From positions 1 to 60,997 of IMG/VR virus record IMGVR_UViG_3300048591_000195: a DNA stretch of 60,997 nucleotides, one strand, 5' to 3'. The stretch comes from a virus. Taxonomy: Duplodnaviria > Caudoviricetes. The translations under genes and the position numbers were made by a program. Position 1 is the stretch's first letter. Each line of letters opens with the position of its first letter. Of the stretch, positions 27,329 through 37,175 are shown one piece after another. Under the pieces are notes generated by a model that saw only the letters and a list, made by a program, of their open reading frames with translations, was not told where the DNA came from and did no database searches.

Positions 27329-28206
27329 TAGGTAGTAATTACAACAGGTGTTGCGTATGCCTGAAGGGCCAAAGTATCAACGATACTCAAATCGGCTGGA
27401 TCATCAAGATTGATTGTTCCGTTAACCCATCCTGAACCGGTAAGCGTGTAAATACCCTCATCAGTTTCGGTTGCTCCTCCAATTGATTGTGCTGCACCAT
27501 CACCATCCAACAGAACGAAGTCAGCGGCTTCAAGGCCCTCGACAGGGGTTCCATCGCACTCGATAGTAACCGAAACAACAATCTCATCATCTGCCGCGCT
27601 AATCACCGTCAACTTAACATCGGTCAACTTGTTAACCGTGTTAAAGAATGGCGCTGAAATGATACTTCCCGCTGCATCCAACTCCTTGTTATCACGCAAG
27701 GCCAGGTAAATAGGCGATTTGGTTGCAACTGTTCCGTCTGAAAGCATCAGCTTCTCAGTATGAAGCAATTGAACGCTAAAGCCCAACAAGTTACCATCTG
27801 AATCGGAGGTACCGATTAACTGATTTTCACTATCAATCAGAAACACCCGACCACTCTTTGAGCGGTGTGTGAACATCTTGGTGTGAAGGCACATGCTCTG
27901 CGCAATACCGAAACGGAAACGATAGTTACCGTCACGAACCGGAAGGATACCCAAAGGCAGTTCCTCATAAACCGGATCTTCTGAAACGTTCTCAAACGTA
28001 TCAAAGAACGGCCACGCATGAATACGGTTCAATCCTGTTGCCAGAATAGCCGCCTGCATCGCTGCCTCAACCGTTCCGTTCTCTACCTGCTCTGCTGTGA
28101 ATTTAAAGCTCGGACTCGTAGTAATCATACTACGAATGAGCTGCGGCAATTGGGTACATTCACCAACCCCCAACGCACGTTTTACTACTGAACAAACACT
28201 CGACAT
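27328..28206 (-). CDS. major tail tube protein with C-terminal Ig-like domain
   Basis: Position and size; C-terminal VSVTIECDG..VEGL..ADF..GIYTL. Confidence 0.7.
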   Translation of the reverse strand: MSSVCSVVKRALGVGECTQLPQLIRSMITTSPSFKFTAEQVENGTVEAAMQAAILATGLNRIHAWPFFDTFENVSEDPVYEELPLGILPVRDGNYRFRFGIAQSMCLHTKMFTHRSKSGRVFLIDSENQLIGTSDSDGNLLGFSVQLLHTEKLMLSDGTVATKSPIYLALRDNKELDAAGSIISAPFFNTVNKLTDVKLTVISAADDEIVVSVTIECDGTPVEGLEAADFVLLDGDGAAQSIGGATETDEGIYTLTGSGWVNGTINLDDPADLSIVDTLALQAYATPVVITT

Positions 28207-28224
28207 TTTCTTAATATTTTTTCG

Positions 28225-28809
28225 TTAACAAATTTTTACTCTCTGAGATAATTCAAGATTCTCAATCTCAATGCAATCCAACGGATCAGCAAACACGTTC
28301 CTTTGTGTGCCTTCTCCTGATTCGGTTACTCCCCAAAATGGTTTTATTGTGGCCTCATGGTCAGGAACTTCATTGCTGTCCCTGTTGGTAAACAGAAATA
28401 ACCCTGAATCCTTTATCTCCTTTAAAAACCTGTAATAAAGTGGGAACAAAACAGGATAAAATACCTGCTCCATTCTTTGCTCTGCATTCAGGTTCTTTTT
28501 AGTAGATGCTATGATTGCCACATTCAGGCGATACGTCCAAAGGTTTCCCACCCGCGTTGCCGGAATGTTCATCCGCAAGGCTATCAATGGGTACTTCTTG
28601 AACTTGTAGGTTGAATCTTTCCCCTTCTGCAATAACCGATTAGATATTTCAAGCCTGTGACCATACATGTAAAATGGCTTTTCAGACAAATTACTGTTTT
28701 CCTTTATGCCATTCAGATAATCAACCATAGGCTGACCGTAACTGACATCTAAAGGACGCATAGCTTCAACGACTTTTCTAATCTCCTCGGTTACGTATTT
28801 GGTGCTCAT
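28225..28809 (-). CDS. tail terminator-like protein
   Basis: YMYGH..EI...KKYPLIAL...F.PVL.PLY motif; position. Confidence 0.6.
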   Translation of the reverse strand: MSTKYVTEEIRKVVEAMRPLDVSYGQPMVDYLNGIKENSNLSEKPFYMYGHRLEISNRLLQKGKDSTYKFKKYPLIALRMNIPATRVGNLWTYRLNVAIIASTKKNLNAEQRMEQVFYPVLFPLYYRFLKEIKDSGLFLFTNRDSNEVPDHEATIKPFWGVTESGEGTQRNVFADPLDCIEIENLELSQRVKIC

Positions 28810-29333
28810 AGATTAAACCTGTTCATTGAACCTATGTCTGTAAAATCCCAATCAGGATAATCAGCTTCATTTGCTATCATAAAACCGTATAGGCTATTCT
28901 CCTGATTATTGCAGTTACCCTGCCTTTTCCAAAAGTCATTATGCGCCTGCACGATTCTTAAAGCCGGTGAGATCATTTCCGCGTTCTCTACCTTTGAAAC
29001 TGATATTCCGGTGCTCGCATGGTTATCGTATGTATCTCTTAGCCAATGGGCATAAATGAAAGGGATTAGAAGTTTTTCCAACCCCTCCCATTCATAAGTA
29101 ACCCCATGACATTCGTACTCCGATCCATCACGTAACAAAACCCATTTTTCAGCCGGATAATCGTCCTCCAATGCTGTCATAAACTGACTGTATAACTTTA
29201 CACCGAGTATCTTTTTCAAGATCATTTCAACCTTCATATCCATGTAGTTCTGAAACGAATCAGAATTAACCTGATCGGCAGGAACATTGTATGGTGTATT
29301 GTTGAAATTACTGGGTGTAATGAAGTCGTTCAT
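28806..29333 (-). CDS. head-tail adaptor
   Basis: LKKILG..LY...W..L.DG.EY...W.GL..L..FIY motif; follows the capsid gene. Confidence 0.65.
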   Translation of the reverse strand: MNDFITPSNFNNTPYNVPADQVNSDSFQNYMDMKVEMILKKILGVKLYSQFMTALEDDYPAEKWVLLRDGSEYECHGVTYEWEGLEKLLIPFIYAHWLRDTYDNHASTGISVSKVENAEMISPALRIVQAHNDFWKRQGNCNNQENSLYGFMIANEADYPDWDFTDIGSMNRFNL

Positions 29334-29558
29334 CTATTCAGCTTTCTTTGGACGGCCCTTCGGCTTATTGGATTTGAGTTTGGCAATCTCGGCTTTCAGG
29401 TCTGCGTTTTCCTCGACCAAATCAACTATAGTACCGGATAAAACTTCACCGGCATTTAATAGGCCTGATTCATAGGCGTGAAACTTCACACCCAACGAAC
29501 GGAAACGCGCCTGAATAATACCTAACTGCTTTTGAGAACCTTCTACTACTATCTTCAT
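29334..29558 (-). CDS. small post-capsid protein
   Basis: 74 aa ending KGRPKK. Confidence 0.6.
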   Translation of the reverse strand: MKIVVEGSQKQLGIIQARFRSLGVKFHAYESGLLNAGEVLSGTIVDLVEENADLKAEIAKLKSNKPKGRPKKAE

Positions 29559-29570
29559 AAGTCGCTATGT

Positions 29571-31154
29571 TTAAGTTTCGATAGTTTCTGCAATGGCTGC
29601 TTTTGCTGTTACAAAATCACCAACAATAAACATGTACTTATTGTAGATAGGGAACAGGATTTCCTCCTGTACGATTGCCATTACCGTATTGGTAAGCTTT
29701 TCGTTTGTGCTCTCAGAGAATTCCAGCATAAGGCCAGTAAATTCAAACAGCGCACAAGCCATTCTCCAATCACCGACAGCAAATTTACCGGAAGGCATAG
29801 CAGTTGTTTCAACAACAGGAACCCCGGCAATGGTAAGGATGCCGCTTTCCAGACGCTGAACGTCCAGATAGTGCTCATCATTACCTTTCAGCAATTCGAT
29901 CTTAGTTGCATCGTCAGGGTGCAATACGATACCGGTACAAGAATATTCCTGACGGGTAACAAGTGTTTTTGCAACCTTCAAAACATCAATTTCCTGTGCT
30001 GCAAATACCGCATTTTTGAACTTGCTGTTTACAACAAACGTCCAATCAGAAACATCACCATCAGCTACATAAGCCTCCTCAATCACAATCTGACGAGGGC
30101 CAACAACAATAGCGGTATGTGAATCATTGTAACCGGATGGAGTAGCATTGGCAAACGTAATTGTATCACCGTTGTTTATGTTCTGGTTGGCTGTAAAGTT
30201 TACAATAGTTTTTGCTCCACCGTCATAAGTGGCGATAGAAGAAACGCTGCCGGCTAAACCTGTAATGGTAGTATTGATAACAGTCGCAAAATCATCTGCC
30301 ACTTCAAAAATACCGGTCGGGTTGTTTCCAAGACCATCACCAAACAACAGGTAAAAATCCTCATTGTATCGAACCTGTGCAGGCAATCTGCTTGCCAAGT
30401 GTGATTCGATGAATGAAGAAGATTTCAGCATACGCTTTGAAATAGGCAAAGAAGTACCGATACGCTTCACCTGTGCTGTGGCTTCTCTTACTTTGAAAGA
30501 AGATTGTGCCAGTGATTCATTTTCAGAGTGAGGGCGAACAGCGCGAACCCAGTCATACACTTCAAGAAATGCCAGATAAGGCAGGTCTGTAGGTGCAACG
30601 GTAAGCAAATCACGGATGTTCAACCGTACTACCTGCGGGTGATCTACAACCCTACCGTCACGGGTGGTAATGTGAACAAGGCTGGTTCCTGTGTAATCAG
30701 ATGTTACCGAAACAGTCTTTAGTTCTTCAAGGTTGTCTTTGCTGAACGATGCCTTACGCTTTCCGTTTGAATCGACAAACTCTTTCCACTGGTCGGTCTT
30801 AAGTGCCTTTGAAACAGCCTCCATAAGAGTATGTTTCTTTTCGCCCTGACCGATGCCGGATTCTTTCAGCTTCTTCAATTCCAAATCCTGTTTTTCGGCT
30901 GCTGCTGTCAAATCAGCAAGCTTTGTTTCGTAAGCCTTGAACTTTTCAGGGTCGATCTTTGCAAGGTTTTCGGTGATCTCTTTCAGCTTTGCGTTGAAAA
31001 CTTCATCGCTGATCATTCCCGTTTTCGCTTGGGCTGCAAGGTTTTTGAATTCTTCTTTGAACTCGTCAATCTTTTTCTTAGCAGCCTCCGCAGACTCACT
31101 CTTTACTTTTTCGAGTAAAGCCGTCTGCTCTTTCAATTTTTCATTTTCTTCCAT
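29571..31154 (-). CDS. major capsid protein (HK97 fold, N-terminal delta domain, internal insertion)
   Basis: Coiled-coil N-terminus; IRDLL, LLFGDG.GNNPTGI, IVLHPDD, IAGVPVVETTAMPSGKFAVGD. Confidence 0.93.
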   Translation of the reverse strand: MEENEKLKEQTALLEKVKSESAEAAKKKIDEFKEEFKNLAAQAKTGMISDEVFNAKLKEITENLAKIDPEKFKAYETKLADLTAAAEKQDLELKKLKESGIGQGEKKHTLMEAVSKALKTDQWKEFVDSNGKRKASFSKDNLEELKTVSVTSDYTGTSLVHITTRDGRVVDHPQVVRLNIRDLLTVAPTDLPYLAFLEVYDWVRAVRPHSENESLAQSSFKVREATAQVKRIGTSLPISKRMLKSSSFIESHLASRLPAQVRYNEDFYLLFGDGLGNNPTGIFEVADDFATVINTTITGLAGSVSSIATYDGGAKTIVNFTANQNINNGDTITFANATPSGYNDSHTAIVVGPRQIVIEEAYVADGDVSDWTFVVNSKFKNAVFAAQEIDVLKVAKTLVTRQEYSCTGIVLHPDDATKIELLKGNDEHYLDVQRLESGILTIAGVPVVETTAMPSGKFAVGDWRMACALFEFTGLMLEFSESTNEKLTNTVMAIVQEEILFPIYNKYMFIVGDFVTAKAAIAETIET

Positions 31155-31159
31155 TGTTG

Positions 31160-32002
31160 TTAAAGTTTTAATTTAAAATTGTCAGCTAAATAACCGTAGT
31201 CAATCGCCTTTACAGTGTCATTTGACGGCTGTTCGGAGGAAGTGTCAAGGACGGCTCCCTTTAAATCGTACATGGTAGGGGTTACGTTGTTTGATCCCTC
31301 AATTACAGCAGAACCCTCTTTATATATTTCTGCTTCAATCACGGCAAAAAAGTAACCCTGTTTATCAGCTTTTTCCTTGTTTACTATTTGTGGGTAAAAT
31401 TTATCCCAATTCGCTTTTTCCTCCTTGAATGATTCGTCTTTGCTGTTTACTGCAAATGCTACTTTATGATAACGCATCCGGATAGAATGCTGAATCGGGT
31501 CGTTTTCTTTGTAGGCTAAAAAAGCATCTCGGTTTGATCTCTCAGTTAACTTTGACTTGAATATCAACGCCTCAGTTTCTCCACTGTAACTCGCTCCAAG
31601 TTCATCCCAAGTGATTGACTTTATCATGGGAGTAACATCTTTAGGCCAACTGATAATGTATCCTATTTCAAGCTTGTGGCTGGCAACATGGTAAACCTTT
31701 CCAGTTTGTTCTTTTACCGACTTACCCCAAAGGCCAGGAATATGAACGTCATCGTGCGAATCCAAATAATTCGTTGTATTGATAACCGGAAAAACATAAT
31801 CACCATATCCGATTGTTTTTGATGGATTAAGTGACTTAACTGTTTCACCGTTTTGAGTAACTGAAAAGTTGTAAGGAATACAATCACTTTCCTTAATGAT
31901 TGCCTTTTTTATGGATATAATTTCCTCCTTGTTGTGCTTTAAAGCATGAAATAGTTCATCCTGCTCCTTATACCACTTATTCAAAATCTTACAATAAATC
32001 AT
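31160..32002 (-). CDS. prohead protease
   Basis: VINTTNYLDSHDDVHIPGLW.KS, QHSIRMRY, EGSAV..GSN..TP. Confidence 0.85.
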   Translation of the reverse strand: MIYCKILNKWYKEQDELFHALKHNKEEIISIKKAIIKESDCIPYNFSVTQNGETVKSLNPSKTIGYGDYVFPVINTTNYLDSHDDVHIPGLWGKSVKEQTGKVYHVASHKLEIGYIISWPKDVTPMIKSITWDELGASYSGETEALIFKSKLTERSNRDAFLAYKENDPIQHSIRMRYHKVAFAVNSKDESFKEEKANWDKFYPQIVNKEKADKQGYFFAVIEAEIYKEGSAVIEGSNNVTPTMYDLKGAVLDTSSEQPSNDTVKAIDYGYLADNFKLKL

Positions 32003-32124
32003 TTCTCGATTATTTTATTGTTCTTCAAAGCATCAATTTTCTTATCAATAGCAGTTTTCATACTTTCTTCAGTTGTCTTTTTCTTTGCCTCCTCAAGGCT
32101 TTTTATCTGTTCCTGCTTCGACAT
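31999..32124 (-). CDS. small basic protein (41 aa)
   Basis: Manual translation MSKQEQIKSL...KNNKIIEK*; coupled to the protease gene. Confidence 0.5.
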   Translation of the reverse strand: MSKQEQIKSLEEAKKKTTEESMKTAIDKKIDALKNNKIIEK

Positions 32125-32125
32125 A

Positions 32126-33622
32126 TCAATTAAGAATAGTATCCTTCAAATGACCGTTTAAACTCTTTGCACCGGAACCGGAATTAGTTTCTGCCCCAGC
32201 GTTTGCCTCTCCCGTATTCAATGAACCACCTTTCAATGATTCTAAAATCAGAGTCCTTGTCGCTTCGTCCATTTCAACTATGGTCTGATCTGCATACGGC
32301 TGCTTTATTGGCTTCATGCCGATAGAATCTAACCATGTGTTAAGTGTAATGGCACCGGCTTTAAATAGCGATAGTGAATAAATAGAAATTCGCTGATTGC
32401 TCTCCGCCTTATCTTTTTCGGACTTCTGTAATGCAGGTATGTGATCCCAATACCCCTTAATCCTCCAATCAGTTTGATTCAAACCCAAGAAATCATTCAG
32501 GCCGGCCAAGTCATTTTCCGCCTCTGGAATCAATGTTCCCTGATATAATCGCCTTAAACTTGCCTCCTGATTCTCAAAGGTTGCACCTTCCAAATAAAGC
32601 TTCAAAAGTATTTCAGGAACCCCGAACACATTGGCAATTATCATCCCATCAGTGGCGATTTCTTCAAATAGACCAAGTTTGCGAACGTCTTGGTCAATTG
32701 CCTGATATTTCAAAGGAACGGATGAAAAAAGAAATTGTATTTGTTCTTCAAGTGTTCCGTATTTCTCCATCGCCTTTTCAACGAGTTCCTTTTCATCTTC
32801 AAGCAATGGGATGGTTCCATCCATGTCACCCTTTCCGGATGAAATTATGCCCCTCATGCCCCGGCCCTTTATAATCACATTACGCGACTCGTAGGCCATG
32901 TCAATATTTGTGAGTGGTTTGATGAGGGATAGGGCTTTTGCGTGTCCTATAATCAATTTATCGAACGTAGGACTCGTACTTGGTTCGGATTGATGTAATA
33001 CCTGATCGGGTGTCCATGTTTTTTTATAGTCACCCATTTTAAACACCCACTCTTTAACGATCTCGTCTATTTCGGTAGCCTCAAAGAACTTTCCTGCCAG
33101 CTTAAACTCCATGAACTGAGGCCAAGCGTTGAAAAGTGTCTTTATGTTTGTGGGGCTCTTTCCAAATGAGGTAGGGAAATTTGCATAAGTGAAACTATTT
33201 CCGGTGGCCTCTCTCAATACTTTTCTTTCAAACCAAAAATCCCAGGTTGTCTTTATTGGATTCGGTTTCTGAAATAATCGGTAAATAGCTGCCGGAATAT
33301 CCTTTCTTGTGTCAATAGGCTCAATCTCTCCGTTTTTGATGTTTTCTACAACTACCTTCATGTTCGCGGATTCCCTCGCCTTAATGTCAATAACTGCCTT
33401 TAAGACCGGATTTGACTGATAAACATCTATCAGGGTTTGAAGGCCAGACAACCGATGCCAGTTAGCCCGATCTGTAAATGCTGAATAGTTTGAGTAATAG
33501 TAGGTGGAAAGAAGCCCTCGAAGTAATTGAGCGCGCTCGTAAAGGGGTAAGCTGCCCTGACCGGTGTTCGTCATTGAACCCTTAGATGCAGTCTTTTTTA
33601 ATTCGTATCCGAATAACTTCAA
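32126..33622 (-). CDS. portal protein (HK97 family)
   Basis: LFQKPNP, TGNSF, IANVFGVP..L, ATFENQ; TTG start. Confidence 0.92.
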   Translation of the reverse strand: MKLFGYELKKTASKGSMTNTGQGSLPLYERAQLLRGLLSTYYYSNYSAFTDRANWHRLSGLQTLIDVYQSNPVLKAVIDIKARESANMKVVVENIKNGEIEPIDTRKDIPAAIYRLFQKPNPIKTTWDFWFERKVLREATGNSFTYANFPTSFGKSPTNIKTLFNAWPQFMEFKLAGKFFEATEIDEIVKEWVFKMGDYKKTWTPDQVLHQSEPSTSPTFDKLIIGHAKALSLIKPLTNIDMAYESRNVIIKGRGMRGIISSGKGDMDGTIPLLEDEKELVEKAMEKYGTLEEQIQFLFSSVPLKYQAIDQDVRKLGLFEEIATDGMIIANVFGVPEILLKLYLEGATFENQEASLRRLYQGTLIPEAENDLAGLNDFLGLNQTDWRIKGYWDHIPALQKSEKDKAESNQRISIYSLSLFKAGAITLNTWLDSIGMKPIKQPYADQTIVEMDEATRTLILESLKGGSLNTGEANAGAETNSGSGAKSLNGHLKDTILN

Positions 33623-33705
33623 AGCTGTTTTTTACACAATAACAGCCTTTTGGTGTGAAAAATAAAAATTTAGAATTTTTTACACCTTTTAAGCCTGTAA
33701 AAAGT

Positions 33706-33933
33706 TCACGGCCTACGGAATACTTTTACTTTTTTTGGTGGTGGTTTTGGTTTGCCCTTTGGCTGCTTAAGCTTGTTGGTCTTAAAAAAAAGATGGAATG
33801 AGTTATAAATCTCCTCGTTCCTGTCCTTGCTCCATCGCTTGATAGTTGATTCAGATACACCGACTATTTTTGCAGCAGCTACCTTTGAAACGTTTTCAAA
33901 TACCTGGCGGGTTTGTGTGTTAAGAACTACCAT
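33706..33933 (-). CDS. small HTH/NUMOD1-like DNA-binding protein
   Basis: AAAKIVGVSESTIKRW. Confidence 0.65.
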   Translation of the reverse strand: MVVLNTQTRQVFENVSKVAAAKIVGVSESTIKRWSKDRNEEIYNSFHLFFKTNKLKQPKGKPKPPPKKVKVFRRP

Positions 33934-34786
33934 GAAGTATATTTATTGCTTTAAATATCTGCAAAGCTACTTGCGGCACTATGGCGTTACCGTAGGCTTT
34001 GATTGATTCTGATCTCCATTTAGGAAAGGTAATTCCGTCCAGTCGGGAGGAAATCCCATCATCTCCCCTACAAATCGGGGATTGAGTTGGGAACCGCTCC
34101 CAACCGGTGCGAGCATGTTTAGATTTTCCTGATGGCTGTTGCTCGTTGTCTTGAACCCGTCCGCTGCGGATGGTGTTGGTAGTAGCCCCTCCGCCATGAA
34201 GTGTGTCAGGCTCATTGAATGAAATCCTACCTCGCTTACGGTTGCATCCTTCCTTAGATTCTTTATTCCAGTTCCGTCCTGTGCCGCTGGCGTTGGATAT
34301 AAGCCTCGATACAAACCAGATTCTATCCCTTCTGTGCGGAGCATTGACGGCACAAGCTGGAAGTAAAAACGGTGTGACTTCGTAGCCTTCAGCTTCCAAA
34401 TCAGCCTGCACTTCATCGAATACCATCCCTCCATTCCAATTAGTAAGGCCGCGAACGTTCTCGCCCACAACCCAGGTCGGTTGAATTTCTCGAATTGCTC
34501 TAAGCATTTCCGGCCAGAGGTGGCGGTCATCTTCCTTTCCAAGTCGCTTCCCTGCTGCGCTGTATGGCTGGCAAGGGAATCCGCCTGTGAAGATGTCAAT
34601 TGTTCCTCTGTGAATAGTGAAGTCTGTTTTGGTAATGTCATGGTAACTAATTGCGTTAGGCCAATAATATTTTAACACTCTTTGCCCGAAAGAATTCCAC
34701 TCGCAATGAAATACGTTTTCCCATCCCATCCATTCGGCAGCAAGATCAAAGCCTCCGATTCCTGAAAATAGAGAACCGTGCCTCAT
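33920..34786 (-). CDS. DNA (cytosine-5) methyltransferase, alpha chain
   Basis: SLFSGIGG, GGFPCQ, ENV, RRDRIW, YGNAIVP (motifs I, IV, VI, VIII, X). Confidence 0.95.
   Translation of the reverse strand: MRHGSLFSGIGGFDLAAEWMGWENVFHCEWNSFGQRVLKYYWPNAISYHDITKTDFTIHRGTIDIFTGGFPCQPYSAAGKRLGKEDDRHLWPEMLRAIREIQPTWVVGENVRGLTNWNGGMVFDEVQADLEAEGYEVTPFLLPACAVNAPHRRDRIWFVSRLISNASGTGRNWNKESKEGCNRKRGRISFNEPDTLHGGGATTNTIRSGRVQDNEQQPSGKSKHARTGWERFPTQSPICRGDDGISSRLDGITFPKWRSESIKAYGNAIVPQVALQIFKAINILHGSS
33979..34641 (-). CDS. alternative-frame beta chain of the C5 methyltransferase
   Basis: Nested 220 aa ORF in a different frame ending QLNPRFVGEMMGFPPDWT (motif IX-like). Confidence 0.75.
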   Translation of the reverse strand: MTLPKQTSLFTEEQLTSSQADSLASHTAQQGSDLERKMTATSGRKCLEQFEKFNRPGLWARTFAALLIGMEGWYSMKCRLIWKLKATKSHRFYFQLVPSMLRTEGIESGLYRGLYPTPAAQDGTGIKNLRKDATVSEVGFHSMSLTHFMAEGLLPTPSAADGFKTTSNSHQENLNMLAPVGSGSQLNPRFVGEMMGFPPDWTELPFLNGDQNQSKPTVTP

Positions 34787-35340
34787 TTCAAGTGGGATTT
34801 ATCCTTAATGTTCGATTTATTCAGCCTGTACGAATGAAACACATACGCCCCCCTGATAATCTTTACCCCGCCCTTTACGTTTCCTGCCGGTCGGGTGAAG
34901 TTGTAATCAAAGAACGCCCCGCGCTTGTCGATTATCCTTTCCTGAAACTTGTGTTTCTCCCAATACGACTTCCTGAATAAAAGAAAGAACCCCGCACAAA
35001 ATTTAACGTTCTGCTTACAATCCCCGTCTTTGTACTTCTCAGCCTGCTGCTCCGCTATCTTTATGTGATGCCGGATAGAATCGTTCTCGTCAATTACAGC
35101 CCCGGTAAGCCTTTGGTAAGATACCCCTACCCTGTTTGTCATGGCACCAAATACCAACGTTTCAGGATAGCGCCTTATTGCGGTTTCAATTACTTCATAA
35201 GTTTTTGGAGTAAGTATCATGCAGTCGTAATCGAGTAACAATATCCAATCATCCGAATTTGGTACAAGGCTGATATGTGAATTGTATTCTATACCAAACT
35301 TTGATTTATCTGTGGTGAATGGCTGAAACTTCCAAATCAT
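34783..35340 (-). CDS. GT-A-fold glycosyltransferase-like protein
   Basis: YN..I...DWILLLDYD (DxD), AGFFLLF.KS.W, FD..F, YVFH.YR. Confidence 0.7.
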   Translation of the reverse strand: MIWKFQPFTTDKSKFGIEYNSHISLVPNSDDWILLLDYDCMILTPKTYEVIETAIRRYPETLVFGAMTNRVGVSYQRLTGAVIDENDSIRHHIKIAEQQAEKYKDGDCKQNVKFCAGFFLLFRKSYWEKHKFQERIIDKRGAFFDYNFTRPAGNVKGGVKIIRGAYVFHSYRLNKSNIKDKSHLK

Positions 35341-35969
35341 ACCTTATCCCAATTCTTTAACCATCCGCGAGGCCCGTTGCCCCTGTTTAAGCCCCTCGTT
35401 CCCTTCCAGTCGTGGTGAATGTAGTCCTTTACCGGAAACTCATGCAAAAGAATATCGCTCATTTCAGCCTCATGGATTTCTTTCATTGCTTTAATCATAG
35501 GGCTGCCGTGATTGATTGCTTTATGCCAACTGAAATACATGGTTCTGTCAATCAAACAAAAGTATGGGTGAAGATACTTTATATGTTGCTCTCCGTTGGT
35601 GATGGTAAACCCGTTGTCGTTGGTGTTAACCATTTCACCGATTCCGTAAAACATACCCGCGCCTACCTGCTTTAGCATTTCCTCAATAACCCCTCCACAC
35701 ATTACCTCAATGTCTGAGTCCATGAAGATTGCATATTTAGTATCTATCCTTTTCATCGCGAAATGTAAGGCCGGCCCGTGCCCGATGTTTTGCCTTAAAT
35801 CGTATAGGGTTGTATTTGGGTATAATCCCTCATACTTACTTCCATCTGTGGAACCATTATTAACAATACAAATATGAATTTCTGGATAGTACTTATGGAA
35901 AGATGTAACCGTCCGATGAAGCAACTGCGGGGTGTTGTGTACTACGGTGATGGCTGTTATTGATTTCAA
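35337..35969 (-). CDS. GT2 glycosyltransferase
   Basis: VVHNT, IVNNGSTDGS, NIGHG.A, FMDSD; TTG start. Confidence 0.88.
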   Translation of the reverse strand: MKSITAITVVHNTPQLLHRTVTSFHKYYPEIHICIVNNGSTDGSKYEGLYPNTTLYDLRQNIGHGPALHFAMKRIDTKYAIFMDSDIEVMCGGVIEEMLKQVGAGMFYGIGEMVNTNDNGFTITNGEQHIKYLHPYFCLIDRTMYFSWHKAINHGSPMIKAMKEIHEAEMSDILLHEFPVKDYIHHDWKGTRGLNRGNGPRGWLKNWDKV

Positions 35970-36103
35970 AGTTGGCCTCTTAAAACCTTCAATTCGTTTA
36001 TCTTAATCCTCAATACCCGCTTCTTGTCCTTGTCTGCCTCTGCCTTCAATTTATTCCTCAGGATGGGTAAGTATTCAGTTATCTTTTGCTTTAGATCGCT
36101 CAT
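35966..36103 (-). CDS. small hypothetical protein (45 aa)
   Basis: Manual translation MSDLKQKITEYLP... Confidence 0.5.
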   Translation of the reverse strand: MSDLKQKITEYLPILRNKLKAEADKDKKRVLRIKINELKVLRGQL

Positions 36104-36236
36104 GGCTGATTGTCTTGGCTAAATTAATCATTTTCCTGATCGCAAAAAGTGTTTCGTTGTCCATCTTGGATAAATCCCCGTTGATGTGAACCTTTACACC
36201 GTCTATTACTCCGTAGGTACATTTGGATTTACACAT
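36075..36236 (-). CDS. small hypothetical protein (53 aa)
   Basis: Manual translation MCKSKCTYGVIDGVKVHING... Confidence 0.5.
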   Translation of the reverse strand: MCKSKCTYGVIDGVKVHINGDLSKMDNETLFAIRKMINLAKTISHERSKAKDN

Positions 36237-36241
36237 AAGCG

Positions 36242-36406
36242 TTAGTTTAAATTTTCACCAAACGGAATTAAACAATGAATACACGAATCATTATATCTAC
36301 AATTTTCTGAATGACATTTGATACAGTAAATAGATGTGTGCTCAATACGTTTAAAAATTGAATCACAAAATTCATCAGCTTCCTTTCTTATTTCTTCCTC
36401 ACTCAT
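36242..36406 (-). CDS. small Zn-ribbon protein (54 aa)
   Basis: Manual translation containing CIKC...CIHC. Confidence 0.55.
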   Translation of the reverse strand: MSEEEIRKEADEFCDSIFKRIEHTSIYCIKCHSENCRYNDSCIHCLIPFGENLN

Positions 36407-37169
36407 ACGGAATAAATTTGGCCCTGTCTGGTAAAAGGAACTTCATAAAATCAACTTCATCCGGGGAGCCTGTTTTCTTGTACTTCCGGTCATTGATGCA
36501 AAAGTAGGAAATATCGTTCTCAAAGTTGATCTCGGACTTATCCATTACAACCAATACGTTTTTGGCGTTTGATTCCGAAAGGTATCCGATCATCTTCTCA
36601 AATTTCTGTTCCTGTGTAGGGTTCCCGAATTGCTTCCATTCTGTGGCCTCTGCGGGGCATCCCTTGTAGACTGTGTTTTCCTCCATGTCACGGGTGATAA
36701 CGCTTCCAAGTAATGCCATTGACCTCCTATGGGCTGTTATTGGCGATACGCACACATGGCCGACAAACCAGCAATCGTCCTCAATTATTAGTGGCTTTTC
36801 ACTTTTGTAGATACACCCCTCCAATGTATCACCGTACTTGATATGGCTCCATAGCTGCGAGTGTGCCCCCACCCCTACGTTATCACCAATCGTAAGCCCT
36901 CCAATGCTGTCGAGTATAGAATACTGACCGCACCAAAAGTTATACCCTATCTTGCATGGATTGTACCCATGTACGGTAGTGCCGTTCATTATCTTACCGT
37001 AATCCATCATTCGGAAGTCATCACAAATAATTTGAACGTCTTTCCCGATCAGGCAATTATCACCTATTACAATGGATTTGGCGTTACCGTTTATTCCCCT
37101 GATCTCTGCCGATGGGTGAATGTATGTGCCCTTGCCTATATGAATGAAATCTGCTTTTATGTTTTGCAT
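36399..37169 (-). CDS. hexapeptide-repeat (left-handed beta-helix) acyltransferase
   Basis: IGKGTYI, IGDNCLIG, IGDNVGVG, IEDDCW, GSVITRD..ENTVYKGCPA. Confidence 0.9.
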   Translation of the reverse strand: MQNIKADFIHIGKGTYIHPSAEIRGINGNAKSIVIGDNCLIGKDVQIICDDFRMMDYGKIMNGTTVHGYNPCKIGYNFWCGQYSILDSIGGLTIGDNVGVGAHSQLWSHIKYGDTLEGCIYKSEKPLIIEDDCWFVGHVCVSPITAHRRSMALLGSVITRDMEENTVYKGCPAEATEWKQFGNPTQEQKFEKMIGYLSESNAKNVLVVMDKSEINFENDISYFCINDRKYKKTGSPDEVDFMKFLLPDRAKFIPYE

Positions 37170-37175
37170 AGGATT

